From positions 1 through 64,000 of IMG/VR virus record IMGVR_UViG_3300023174_007026: 64,000 nucleotides of DNA, one strand, 5' to 3'. The notes under the pieces were generated by a model. That model ran no database searches. It saw only the letters and a list, made by a program, of their open reading frames with translations, and was not told the origin of the DNA. This stretch comes from a virus. Position numbers and translations under genes: made by a program. This document shows positions 21,783 to 30,509 of this stretch, one piece after another; positions within the stretch are counted from its first letter, which is position 1; every line of letters begins with the position of its first letter.

Positions 21783-22657
21783 ACTGGTTGCAATGTCTGG
21801 GTAAAATTTATAAAGGTCTGTGTCAATTTGCCACCAGCAGCTTGCGCATGACCTCCACCTTCACACAATTTTTGAGCCAGCAAAGATACATCAGCTGTGC
21901 ATGTTTTGCTGCATCTAAATGAAACAGTCTCTCTGTCTACATTGACCATCATCAAAATGTCAGCATCAGTAGTATTAAACACATGCTGTGCAACTTCAGA
22001 GTGACATGTTGTACAAAATGTTGCAATGCATTTGTGTTGATTGATTTTGCCTTGGTATAGCTTCAAGTCATTGATGATGTTTTTTACTTTGCTGGCATGA
22101 ATTGCTAATGCAGCTTGATGCTGCGGTGAAAAGCCATTGAAACCTTTTTGAAACTGTTTGCTAAATTCAATGACTCTGTTGCCTTGCAGGGTCCAAAAAA
22201 TGTTGTTGAGATCTTGTGATTGTTTGAGACTGTTGGTACCACTGTCAAAATCACTGGTCAATGCAATGAGCATTTTCTGCTGAGTAGTAAGAAAATCTTT
22301 TTTGGTTTTGAATGTTTCATGAATCAACTGCGCTGTTGATTTGCAGTCTTTGACAATGGCTTTGCAATTTTTGTAATTGGCAGCTTGATCAACATGAGTT
22401 TTGTGATGATCAAAAATTACAACATTGGCATTGTCAACCAAATCCGCAATGTCTGTTGTATCCAAGTCCAAGATGTAAATCTTCTCATAATCAGATGCTT
22501 TGTTGGTTTGCAGCCATGCAAGATAACATTCACGTAATTTTGCACCAGTGCATATGCGTGGAATCAAGTTGATGCCTGGTTTATACCAACTCAACACCAA
22601 AAACGATGCTGCTCCATCCAGATCTGCATCTGTCCATACTATAGTTTGCTTAGACAT
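21779..22657 (-). CDS. DHH/DHHA1 family phosphoesterase
   Basis: DADLDG, LD, DHH and GGGHAQAAG motifs. Confidence 0.9.
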   Translation of the reverse strand: MSKQTIVWTDADLDGAASFLVLSWYKPGINLIPRICTGAKLRECYLAWLQTNKASDYEKIYILDLDTTDIADLVDNANVVIFDHHKTHVDQAANYKNCKAIVKDCKSTAQLIHETFKTKKDFLTTQQKMLIALTSDFDSGTNSLKQSQDLNNIFWTLQGNRVIEFSKQFQKGFNGFSPQHQAALAIHASKVKNIINDLKLYQGKINQHKCIATFCTTCHSEVAQHVFNTTDADILMMVNVDRETVSFRCSKTCTADVSLLAQKLCEGGGHAQAAGGKLTQTFINFTQTLQPV

Positions 22658-22881
22658 TATCGTTAATTTATGAGTATCAACGCAAAACTCAACTATTGCA
22701 GTGCATCTGCAATCAAAGTACTACAGCGGTATAAACTTGCTTCCAGCTGCATGATGGTTCTTGAATTGGATGATGATGCAGCAGGTAAATCATTCATATA
22801 ATCTACATAAAAAAATATATTCTGTGCAGATACATTTAAAAGTGATAATTTACTTGCTGTCATTTGATTGTATGTATTTAA

Positions 22882-24204
22882 TCAATGAGACAGCATGCGT
22901 AATGAGTTTGCAGCATCTTCAGAATCTTGAGTCATGCTGTTGAGTTGTTCATCTTCACTCAATGTCAATGTAGAATAGTCAATCTTGAATGCATTGCTTC
23001 CAGAGTTGATGCCAAAGCGATTTTTGAGCAATGATGCGCGCATGATGCCCAGTTCTTTGTCACCATCTCCCTGCCACAAACTTCCTACAAAGTCAGATGT
23101 AGCACCCAACGCATAACTTTCACTGACAGTTGTCAAGTCTGGCTCATTGACATTGGTACCACTTCTGTTGGTTTGAGTAACAGTAACCAATGGGCAGTTG
23201 AATGCATAAGTCATTGCTCGGGTTTCTTCTGCAATGTATTTGATGCGTTCATAACTGTTGTTGCCTTTGGTAGTAGTCAACAGATTCAAGTAATCCAACA
23301 CAATCAAATCAATCTTGATGTTGCGCTTTTGCAATTTGCGCAAGTATACTTCCAAGGCTCTGGGAGTCATGGTGCTTGGAGGAAACTCTTTGATGAATAC
23401 TTTGCAATTGCTGTTGAATTCTTTGAGGTTATCCATTTGAGCACGCACAATGTCAATGTCTTTGGCAAGAGAATTGATGCCTATTTTAGTCAAGTTGGCA
23501 GTCAGCCGTTTGGCATACATGGTCTCAGACATTTCAAGTGAGATGACTACTACATTCTTGCCTTGCAGTGCCACATTGCAAGCAATGTTGCCAAGAATGA
23601 TGCTTTTGCCAATGTTGGTTTGACCTGCAAACACATACATGGCGCGGCCATTTCTTTGCAACCCTCCTCCCAGCTTTTCATCCAGCCACTTGAAGCCAGT
23701 GGGTATAGTTGGCTCTGGATTCATTAACTCTTGCTCAACTTTGCTGAAGTCTTTGAGTAGATCCAATCCTAAATCTGGAATCAAACTCACATTGCATGAT
23801 TTTTCAAACTTGTCAAGAATCAAACTGGTATCAATGTTGCCAGCTCCAACATCTTGAGCTACAGCCATCATTGCTTCATAGATGCCTCGCTCTTTCAAAA
23901 ACCGTTCTGTATTTTCATATAATTCTTCTCTGTTGAGAGCTTTGTCAATACTGGAAATGCTGTTGACTGCATTTTTAAACTTCTGTTTGTCAGCATCTGT
24001 TGACAAATAACTTTTGATTTCAGTAGTTGTTGGAATGCTTTTGCGTTTTTCATAAAAGCTGCACACAATCTCAAATACAAGTCTCAAGTTTGCATCTGAA
24101 AAGTATGATGGCTTGACATAATCAATGACACTTGCCAAGTACTCATCATCTGTAATGCTTTTGAAAGCAATTACCTTTTCCATCCAATCTAAGTCCAATT
24201 TCAT
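22882..24204 (-). CDS. gp41: Replicative helicase (T4 gp41/DnaB-like)
   Basis: GQTNIGKS, SLEMSE, LDYLNL, TQTNR and KNRFG motifs. Confidence 0.93.
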   Translation of the reverse strand: MKLDLDWMEKVIAFKSITDDEYLASVIDYVKPSYFSDANLRLVFEIVCSFYEKRKSIPTTTEIKSYLSTDADKQKFKNAVNSISSIDKALNREELYENTERFLKERGIYEAMMAVAQDVGAGNIDTSLILDKFEKSCNVSLIPDLGLDLLKDFSKVEQELMNPEPTIPTGFKWLDEKLGGGLQRNGRAMYVFAGQTNIGKSIILGNIACNVALQGKNVVVISLEMSETMYAKRLTANLTKIGINSLAKDIDIVRAQMDNLKEFNSNCKVFIKEFPPSTMTPRALEVYLRKLQKRNIKIDLIVLDYLNLLTTTKGNNSYERIKYIAEETRAMTYAFNCPLVTVTQTNRSGTNVNEPDLTTVSESYALGATSDFVGSLWQGDGDKELGIMRASLLKNRFGINSGSNAFKIDYSTLTLSEDEQLNSMTQDSEDAANSLRMLSH

Positions 24205-24213
24205 ATTATATTA

Positions 24214-24894
24214 TTATTGCTGAAAGTACAATTGCAAAAACTTTTTATTGCTTGCAGACCATTTAACATCATCCAAGCTCAATAATCCTGGTGATTGATG
24301 AAATACATTGATGGGATACACTCCAACTCTCATACTACATTTGTTTGCATCAATGCAAGATGCAATGTCATAATGATGAAAGTCAAAGTTTTCATTCCAC
24401 TGCCAATTCTTTTGCATTGCTGCTGCAACATTGACTGCAACAAACAATCCATCAACAATTGCTACCCTTGCAGGTGTTGTTCCAAACCCTGTCATAAATT
24501 TAGTACCATCATGAGCTAAATGTCCTGCATATCCTCGTTGATGTTCTCTTTTGCTCATTATGTGCCACAGTGCAGGGTGTTGAATGGTAGGATTGAGTCC
24601 ACCTGCAAGTCCAACAATGTCATAATTCAAATTGTTCATGGCATCATCCAGCTTGCTGTCCAGCATAGCATCATCCAATGCAACATCATCATGAATATAC
24701 ACAATGCGTTCATAATTTTTAGCATGGTCTTTGAATGCTGCATTGTACATTTTGCTGAGACCCATTTGATTCTCACAATACCATTGTGTGTCAAAGTCAG
24801 TTAGTGTTTGGATTTTACTCAAGCTTTGATGCAGCAGTGTATCTTGAAAATGCTTTTTTGTGGTGCAGCTTACTATCAATGTTGGTTTTTGCAT
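24214..24894 (-). CDS. GT-A fold glycosyltransferase-like protein
   Basis: YNAA...YIHDDV (DxD-like), VDGLF, FHHYD motifs. Confidence 0.7.
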   Translation of the reverse strand: MQKPTLIVSCTTKKHFQDTLLHQSLSKIQTLTDFDTQWYCENQMGLSKMYNAAFKDHAKNYERIVYIHDDVALDDAMLDSKLDDAMNNLNYDIVGLAGGLNPTIQHPALWHIMSKREHQRGYAGHLAHDGTKFMTGFGTTPARVAIVDGLFVAVNVAAAMQKNWQWNENFDFHHYDIASCIDANKCSMRVGVYPINVFHQSPGLLSLDDVKWSASNKKFLQLYFQQ

Positions 24895-24904
24895 AAATAA
24901 AAAT

Positions 24905-25258
24905 ATGACTATCTCTGATGTTGTAACTCGGTTGATGTATTTGCAGTTGCAGATACGTATTTTTCACTGGCAAACCACTTCGTTTGCTCAGCATGAAGCA
25001 TTTGGTAAATTTTATGATTCATTGAGCGGATTGTTGGATGAGTTTGTAGAAGCATTTCAAGGACGTTATGACAGAATCATGTTCAATGACTCCATTGTAT
25101 TGAAAAATATGGATGAAGTTGATATTAATACAGCTTTAGAAAGAGTTACTGACATTCTGGTTAATGAAATTGAATTGACTGATACTGATTTACTCAACAT
25201 TCGTGATGAAATCTTAGGTGCAGTCAACAAGCTCAAGTATCTTCTGACTCTGCAATGA
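24905..25258 (+). CDS. Ferritin-like (Dps-related) protein
   Basis: HWQT...HEAFGKFYD...DEFVE four-helix-bundle ligands; TAAATA 5 nt upstream. Confidence 0.75.
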   Translation: MTISDVVTRLMYLQLQIRIFHWQTTSFAQHEAFGKFYDSLSGLLDEFVEAFQGRYDRIMFNDSIVLKNMDEVDINTALERVTDILVNEIELTDTDLLNIRDEILGAVNKLKYLLTLQ

Positions 25259-25928
25259 ATAAAAATGGTGAATCTGTTGTAAACTTTTCAATGGGTTCAA
25301 TGTTTTTTTCAGCAATATCTATTTTGTAGATGCATCCTTCTCCAAGTTCACACCACTCTTTGTTTTTGCAAGGCACAGAGCAGAAAGAACCAGTGCTCAT
25401 GTTAGCAAAGATGGTGCTGCCTTGACGAGCCAAAAACACTTGCTTGGTTTTCTTGTGAACAATCCACAATCCAAATGTGCCTTTGAGCTCACTCAATGTA
25501 TTTTTGATGCATGATGCAACAGTTTGATGATCTTGTTGCTCATACATATGCAACAGTGCTGGAATCACTGCAGTATCAACTTGACTCTGTACTTGCAGAT
25601 TGTACTTCTCAGTGAGTTGTTCTGCATTGGTAAGGACTCCATTGTGCGCAACAATCCAATTTTCATAAACAAATGGATGTGCATCTGAGTCTTTCCATTT
25701 TCTAACGCTGCTGGTAGGTGCTTGACAATGTCCCAAGTGCAGTTTATTGATATCCAAATCCTTTAAGTCGTTAACCTTGGGATGCTTATCAAATCTTTGT
25801 ATATGAAACGGCGTATTCTTGTCTTTGGTCAAGAAACAATGACCATACGCAAATTTACCACGTTGTTGAGATGCCTCATACAAGACATCATACATATTTT
25901 TGCTAAAAGCTCCCAGGATTCCACACAT
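25233..25928 (-). CDS. Stand-alone class II (Ntn) glutamine amidotransferase
   Basis: MCGI nucleophile, RG, GH, AHPF, AHNG and VDT motifs. Confidence 0.88.
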   Translation of the reverse strand: MCGILGAFSKNMYDVLYEASQQRGKFAYGHCFLTKDKNTPFHIQRFDKHPKVNDLKDLDINKLHLGHCQAPTSSVRKWKDSDAHPFVYENWIVAHNGVLTNAEQLTEKYNLQVQSQVDTAVIPALLHMYEQQDHQTVASCIKNTLSELKGTFGLWIVHKKTKQVFLARQGSTIFANMSTGSFCSVPCKNKEWCELGEGCIYKIDIAEKNIEPIEKFTTDSPFLFIAESEDT

Positions 25929-25983
25929 TGTAATTCAATATAAGGTATGCAGTAAAAAGATCAACATTTTACTAAATATACAC

Positions 25984-26874
25984 ATGAGTATTCTTAAACG
26001 TCCAGGATGGAGTAATGTTATCAATGAAATGGCTGATGCCAAAGCATTTGGCTTGACTGCCAAGCAAAAGAGAGTGGAACAAGGCACAGCATACAGAGTA
26101 GTTCGCATGCTGTTGGCAGATTTTCTCAAGACCAATGGGTTGATTCCCAAGGAAGCACGCACTGTTACTGCTGCTGAAGTCAATAACATCATTGCAGGGC
26201 TTGGTGATGATGCAGTTACACAAGATGTATTGGGTGCATGGGAACAGTATGCTGAGCAACAACTGGGCAGCAATGCAACTGCAGAAGTTCAGCAGCAAGT
26301 TGATGTTGTTGCACAAGAGATTGAAGATGCATCACAAGGACAACTGGCAACAGGTGCACGTGAAGCTGGTGGACACACCAGCAGATTCATTCAAGACATG
26401 CAAGACAAGATTAAAAGTGTAGAAGATTTTCTTGCTGTTACACAATTTCCCAAAGGTTACAGACACATGGAACCCAGCGGCATGGGCATGGATACTGATC
26501 ATCAGTATGTCAATCAAACAGGTGGCGGCAAAGCAATTCGTGTGCTTTCCAAGACACCATTGCGTTCCAAAGCTGATTTGAGATCATCTCAAATTGTATT
26601 TCAAGATGGTCCTGAAGAATACAACATCTCATTTGATCAAAATGGCAATTCCAAGTCACAATCTGTACTATATACAGGTGAGAATGAAGAAAGCAGCAAA
26701 GATTGTGGATGTCCTGCTGATGAAGATTGTGAGCACATGCAAACTCATTACTCATCAGATGTTTATATGCCTGAAAGTCACAAGTTGTCTCTCAAAAAGC
26801 AGACTGTATTGGCAGAACAAGCCAGGGTACAACGTTATCAACACATGATGCGCATGGAACAACGTTACATGTAA
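25984..26874 (+). CDS. Putative internal head protein
   Basis: TAAATA 5 nt upstream; N-terminus ...NVINE; acidic Cys-containing C-terminal segment. Confidence 0.45.
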   Translation: MSILKRPGWSNVINEMADAKAFGLTAKQKRVEQGTAYRVVRMLLADFLKTNGLIPKEARTVTAAEVNNIIAGLGDDAVTQDVLGAWEQYAEQQLGSNATAEVQQQVDVVAQEIEDASQGQLATGAREAGGHTSRFIQDMQDKIKSVEDFLAVTQFPKGYRHMEPSGMGMDTDHQYVNQTGGGKAIRVLSKTPLRSKADLRSSQIVFQDGPEEYNISFDQNGNSKSQSVLYTGENEESSKDCGCPADEDCEHMQTHYSSDVYMPESHKLSLKKQTVLAEQARVQRYQHMMRMEQRYM

Positions 26875-26877
26875 CAA

Positions 26878-27063
26878 ATGAGACTTTCTGAACATCAGAA
26901 AAGTAGATATGCATATGAACTTGATCATCATGCCACTCGCATGCACGTTGAACTTTCATACAGCAACAGCAAGGACACTGATGATACGCTACCTTATCAG
27001 ATGAGGTATTTGCTATCTCAGTTGAGTTACATTCAACGATTCATAGGTTATTTCATCAAATGA
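26878..27063 (+). CDS. Small hypothetical protein
   Basis: 61 aa, starts 3 nt after the previous stop. Confidence 0.5.
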   Translation: MRLSEHQKSRYAYELDHHATRMHVELSYSNSKDTDDTLPYQMRYLLSQLSYIQRFIGYFIK

Positions 27064-27239
27064 AAATTACACCCAGACAACGAGAAATAAGAGCAAAAAA
27101 TCTTGCATGGAGTGTAAAAAGATTGCCTTATGCTGTCCATGATATGATCCATGAGAATGGAAATGAAATGCCGTTGATCAAAAGTTGTGTATCTGAAATG
27201 CAGCGCATATTCAGAGACTACATCACTGGTCGTTGGTGA
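27060..27239 (+). CDS. Small hypothetical protein (59 aa, absent from the ORF track)
   Basis: MKITPRQREIRAKNLAWSV...QRIFRDYITGRW*; ATGA overlap with 26878-27063. Confidence 0.5.
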   Translation: MKITPRQREIRAKNLAWSVKRLPYAVHDMIHENGNEMPLIKSCVSEMQRIFRDYITGRW

Positions 27240-27972
27240 TGTCTTTGCATTGGTGCTGTTGATACAATGCATCAATTTGCTTTTGTTGCTTGTACTTGAT
27301 AGGATCTTTGTAGCCTGCTTTGAGGAAGCCTTGAATGCGCAAACTGCTGCTTGGTGTTGTTGCATCTGCTAACTCTTCACCAGAGTAACAAGTGTATGTC
27401 TTGGCAAATGGGACATTCAATGATACTCCCATTCTCACAATGTCTGCCTTGTCGCAATTGATTAATGGAGCCACAACACTGATTGCATTTTCTCTGTTGA
27501 GAGAACAAAGGCTATTGAGTGATGGCAGAAACTCTGCTGATGCATCCCAATAACCGGCCAGTGAATCAACTGCTGTTGCTCCATGCCAAACTTGCTCTGC
27601 ACCTACAGCTTCAGCATGTGACAATGCAATGCTCAAAAACATCAAGTTGCGAAATGGTACATAACTCTTGGGCTGAGCTTCTCCTGCAATTTTTCTGATG
27701 TCAGGAGTTTCAATGTCATCATTGGTGAGAGATGAAGTTGGTGCAAGGTGGCGAATGAATGATGCATCTACATTTTTCAAGAACACTGGCTTCTTGCTTT
27801 TGTACTTTGCATCTGCATACAACCACCCTGCACACTGCAACTCTCTGTTGTGCCTCTGACCATAATCAAACGTGATGCAATGCACTTCATCAAATTCTCT
27901 TACAGCTTTATATAAAAGTACAGCGCTATCTACACCACCGCTCAAATTGACGACAACTTTTTTAGTATCCAT
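27223..27972 (-). CDS. queC: QueC-like 7-cyano-7-deazaguanine synthase (atypical, Zn-ligand cysteines lost)
   Basis: SGGVDS, YGQRH..E, YVPFRN and TYTCY motifs. Confidence 0.88.
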   Translation of the reverse strand: MDTKKVVVNLSGGVDSAVLLYKAVREFDEVHCITFDYGQRHNRELQCAGWLYADAKYKSKKPVFLKNVDASFIRHLAPTSSLTNDDIETPDIRKIAGEAQPKSYVPFRNLMFLSIALSHAEAVGAEQVWHGATAVDSLAGYWDASAEFLPSLNSLCSLNRENAISVVAPLINCDKADIVRMGVSLNVPFAKTYTCYSGEELADATTPSSSLRIQGFLKAGYKDPIKYKQQKQIDALYQQHQCKDITNDQ

Positions 27973-27992
27973 ACATATATCTTAGTATCCAT
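27962..27992. repeat. 11-bp direct repeat TTAGTATCCAT (27962-27972 and 27982-27992)
   Basis: Read directly; duplicates the first 11 nt of queC. Confidence 0.75.
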
Positions 27993-28006
27993 TCATAAAT
28001 AATCAA

Positions 28007-28687
28007 GTGAAAATAATCCACCCTGAAAATGAAAAATATAAACGCGTGGATAATTACTGGTATATAGTGTACCGCGTTGACATATTACACACTAACAAAT
28101 ATTACATTGGTTCTCGTAAAACAAATAATTTATTTGATAATTACTACGGCTCACCTAGTAAAACAAATGAATATTATGACATACTAAAAGAATGTGTTGC
28201 TCAGCGTTCATATGATCGTTTAACGTTTACGGTCATTGAGTGGACTACAAAGCAACAAAGATATAAAGATGAAGAACGAATATTGCAAGCTTGTAAGAAT
28301 GATAGTAATTGTATGAATAGAAATTTTTATCCATGCAATTCATACTTTGCTTACAATCAAGGCGATGATAATAACCCATTCATCAAAAATAAAATTGAAA
28401 TTTCAGCAAAAAATATAGAGCGTAACATTGAACGTGCAGGTGTGTATCGTTTTTTTCATCCAATATATGGTGAATACATTTGTTCCATTTCAGAACTGAT
28501 TAACACCTTTAAAGAAATCGGAATTAAAATGGATAGAGGTGTGATGAATGTTATAACCCAATATGGCAATTTAAAGAATGGGTGGCCTGAAAAGTATAAC
28601 AAACGGACCAAAAAAATAACTCCCACAAACAAGTATTATTTGTGGGAGTGTAAGGAGATTGTACGTAAACCTTTTATACGCAAATAA
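28007..28687 (+). mobile_element. Free-standing Seg-like GIY-YIG homing endonuclease gene
   Basis: YIVY...YYIGSR...YYGS...E...N motif; opposite orientation to neighbours; more CpG than the backbone; late TAAATA 5 nt before GTG. Confidence 0.75.
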
Positions 28688-28688
28688 T

Positions 28689-28940
28689 TCAAATACTAGC
28701 CTCGTCCAGCAATTGTTCCAGCTTATTTTTGCTTTGAACACCAGAAACTCTGGTGACTTCTTTGTTGTCCTTGAAGAATATGATGGTAGGCACTGCAGTA
28801 ACCTTGAAAGGTATTTCATTGTGAGCATCCAAAAACTCAGTTTCAATTTCTGGATGCTCACTGAAAAACTTCTCAATGATTGGTTTGAACATTTTGCATG
28901 GACCACATGTGATTGTACTGATGTAGCAAATTTTAATCAT
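28689..28940 (-). CDS. Thioredoxin
   Basis: CGPC active site and AVPT motif; overlaps the uvsX stop. Confidence 0.88.
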   Translation of the reverse strand: MIKICYISTITCGPCKMFKPIIEKFFSEHPEIETEFLDAHNEIPFKVTAVPTIIFFKDNKEVTRVSGVQSKNKLEQLLDEASI

Positions 28941-30042
28941 TGTATTCAATCTCCTCTCCTTCTTCTGGAACATCTTCTTCAACTTTGTTGCCATAAGCCC
29001 ATTCAATTTTCATCTTCTCTTCCAACTTGGGCAAAATGGTCTCTTCCCACAGTTTGGTATCTTTGCGCCAGCTCTTGGCATAACCCAACTTAGTACCATC
29101 AGCCAATGCATATGTTGAACCATTTTGAATGATGATGCCCATGCCAACTGCCATGTCCAGCAATCCATAGTAACGATCCAATCCAGTTGAGAAACTCAAA
29201 TACATTTCACCTTCCAAGTATTGCTTGATGAATCGATTTTTTCTGGTGAGTGCTCTGATGATGATGCCACCATAATTGCGTTGACCCACTGCCAACTCAT
29301 TGTTGTCAACTGTCTTGCCTCCATCATCCTTCAATGGCTTGCGAGCCAACTGAACTGTAACAGATGGCAAATACACAACAGACTTGCCACCTGGCATATT
29401 TTTTTCAATGCTGGGATACATGGCAGAAGGATCATCATAAACATGATTGGTGATGATGAATGTTGTGCGTGTAACAGCGCCTAAATTAGTACAAGTCTGC
29501 AACAATGATTTGATGGCACGAGCTTTGGTGCCCATGTCAGCGCTGGTACTTTCTTTGTCCATGCGAGCCAATTCCAACTCTGATTGCAAGTTGCCCAATG
29601 AGTCAATGGCTACAATGAACTTACCTTCCAAGCCTTTTTCTTTGATGCTGCTCAAAAACTTGTATACAGCATTGCGAGTCTGCTCAATGCTGATGCACGG
29701 CACGTATTTTACTTTGCTGATGTCCAATCCCAGTCGTTCTGCACCAGTTGGATCAATGGCTGATTCTGTATCAAAGATGACTGGATACAGTCCCATTTTT
29801 TGAGCATTGGCCAAGATCTTTTGTACAAACAAACTCTTGCCTGTCATGGACTCACCTGCAATCATTGTTACTCGTCCCTTGGGAATACCACCATTGCGTG
29901 AGCCAGATATGATGCTGTTGAGTACATATGATCCAGTATCAATCCATTCATTTACAGTACTGAGCGTATTGTTGTTGAGATAAGTTGCATAAGGATTTAT
30001 TTCGTTGATGCTGTCTAGTGCAGCTGAGATGTCTTTGTCCAT
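28933..30042 (-). CDS. uvsX: RecA-like recombinase (UvsX)
   Basis: IDTGS, GESMTGKS, DTE, IDSLG, NHVY and PGG motifs. Confidence 0.92.
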   Translation of the reverse strand: MDKDISAALDSINEINPYATYLNNNTLSTVNEWIDTGSYVLNSIISGSRNGGIPKGRVTMIAGESMTGKSLFVQKILANAQKMGLYPVIFDTESAIDPTGAERLGLDISKVKYVPCISIEQTRNAVYKFLSSIKEKGLEGKFIVAIDSLGNLQSELELARMDKESTSADMGTKARAIKSLLQTCTNLGAVTRTTFIITNHVYDDPSAMYPSIEKNMPGGKSVVYLPSVTVQLARKPLKDDGGKTVDNNELAVGQRNYGGIIIRALTRKNRFIKQYLEGEMYLSFSTGLDRYYGLLDMAVGMGIIIQNGSTYALADGTKLGYAKSWRKDTKLWEETILPKLEEKMKIEWAYGNKVEEDVPEEGEEIEYND

Positions 30043-30078
30043 GTAACTATTTACAGCAAATCTGCTAAAAATCTACAT

Positions 30079-30106
30079 AAAAAAAGACCACATTTCTGTG
30101 GTCTTT
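30079..30106 (-). terminator. Rho-independent terminator
   Basis: Stem AAAGACCACA/TGTGGTCTTT with a 4-nt loop and U-run on the minus strand, downstream of 30129-30479. Confidence 0.8.
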
Positions 30107-30128
30107 CTTCTTGAATCTCAATGATTTA

Positions 30129-30479
30129 TCAATCATCAAAAAGTTTGATAACTTCTGGGGTATTTGGTGTGATGATGGGGCTTGGATTGAAGATTCTGGT
30201 GTACTGACTGATGAGTTTTTCATCCAACTCAATGCTGGTTGCTACTGCATTGCTAGCTTTGGCAAAGCTCCAAACTGTACCCCTTTTCTTGCTCTCTGCA
30301 GACAGCAACTCACCAAAAATCATGGGAAACAACTGCACATTGAGTTGACCATTTTGTGTAGGTTGAATAAACAGTGTTGCAGGATTAGTGAGCTGAATGT
30401 CATTAGCAGTTTCACCTGCTAGTTCTCCCAAAATAATGCTTCCTGATGCGTCTTTGATTGCTGTGATGGTTGGTTTCAT
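30129..30479 (-). CDS. Hypothetical protein between gp43 and uvsX (possibly Sm-like)
   Basis: 116 aa, beta-rich, has its own promoter. Confidence 0.55.
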   Translation of the reverse strand: MKPTITAIKDASGSIILGELAGETANDIQLTNPATLFIQPTQNGQLNVQLFPMIFGELLSAESKKRGTVWSFAKASNAVATSIELDEKLISQYTRIFNPSPIITPNTPEVIKLFDD

Positions 30480-30509
30480 ATATATAAGTTATAATAGGTT
30501 TTGTAAATT

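Noticed and set aside
22693-22880. Possible 23- and 34-codon minus-strand ORFs or an ncRNA between gp41 and the DHH gene
   Set aside because: Too short, no motif or convincing structure; left unannotated
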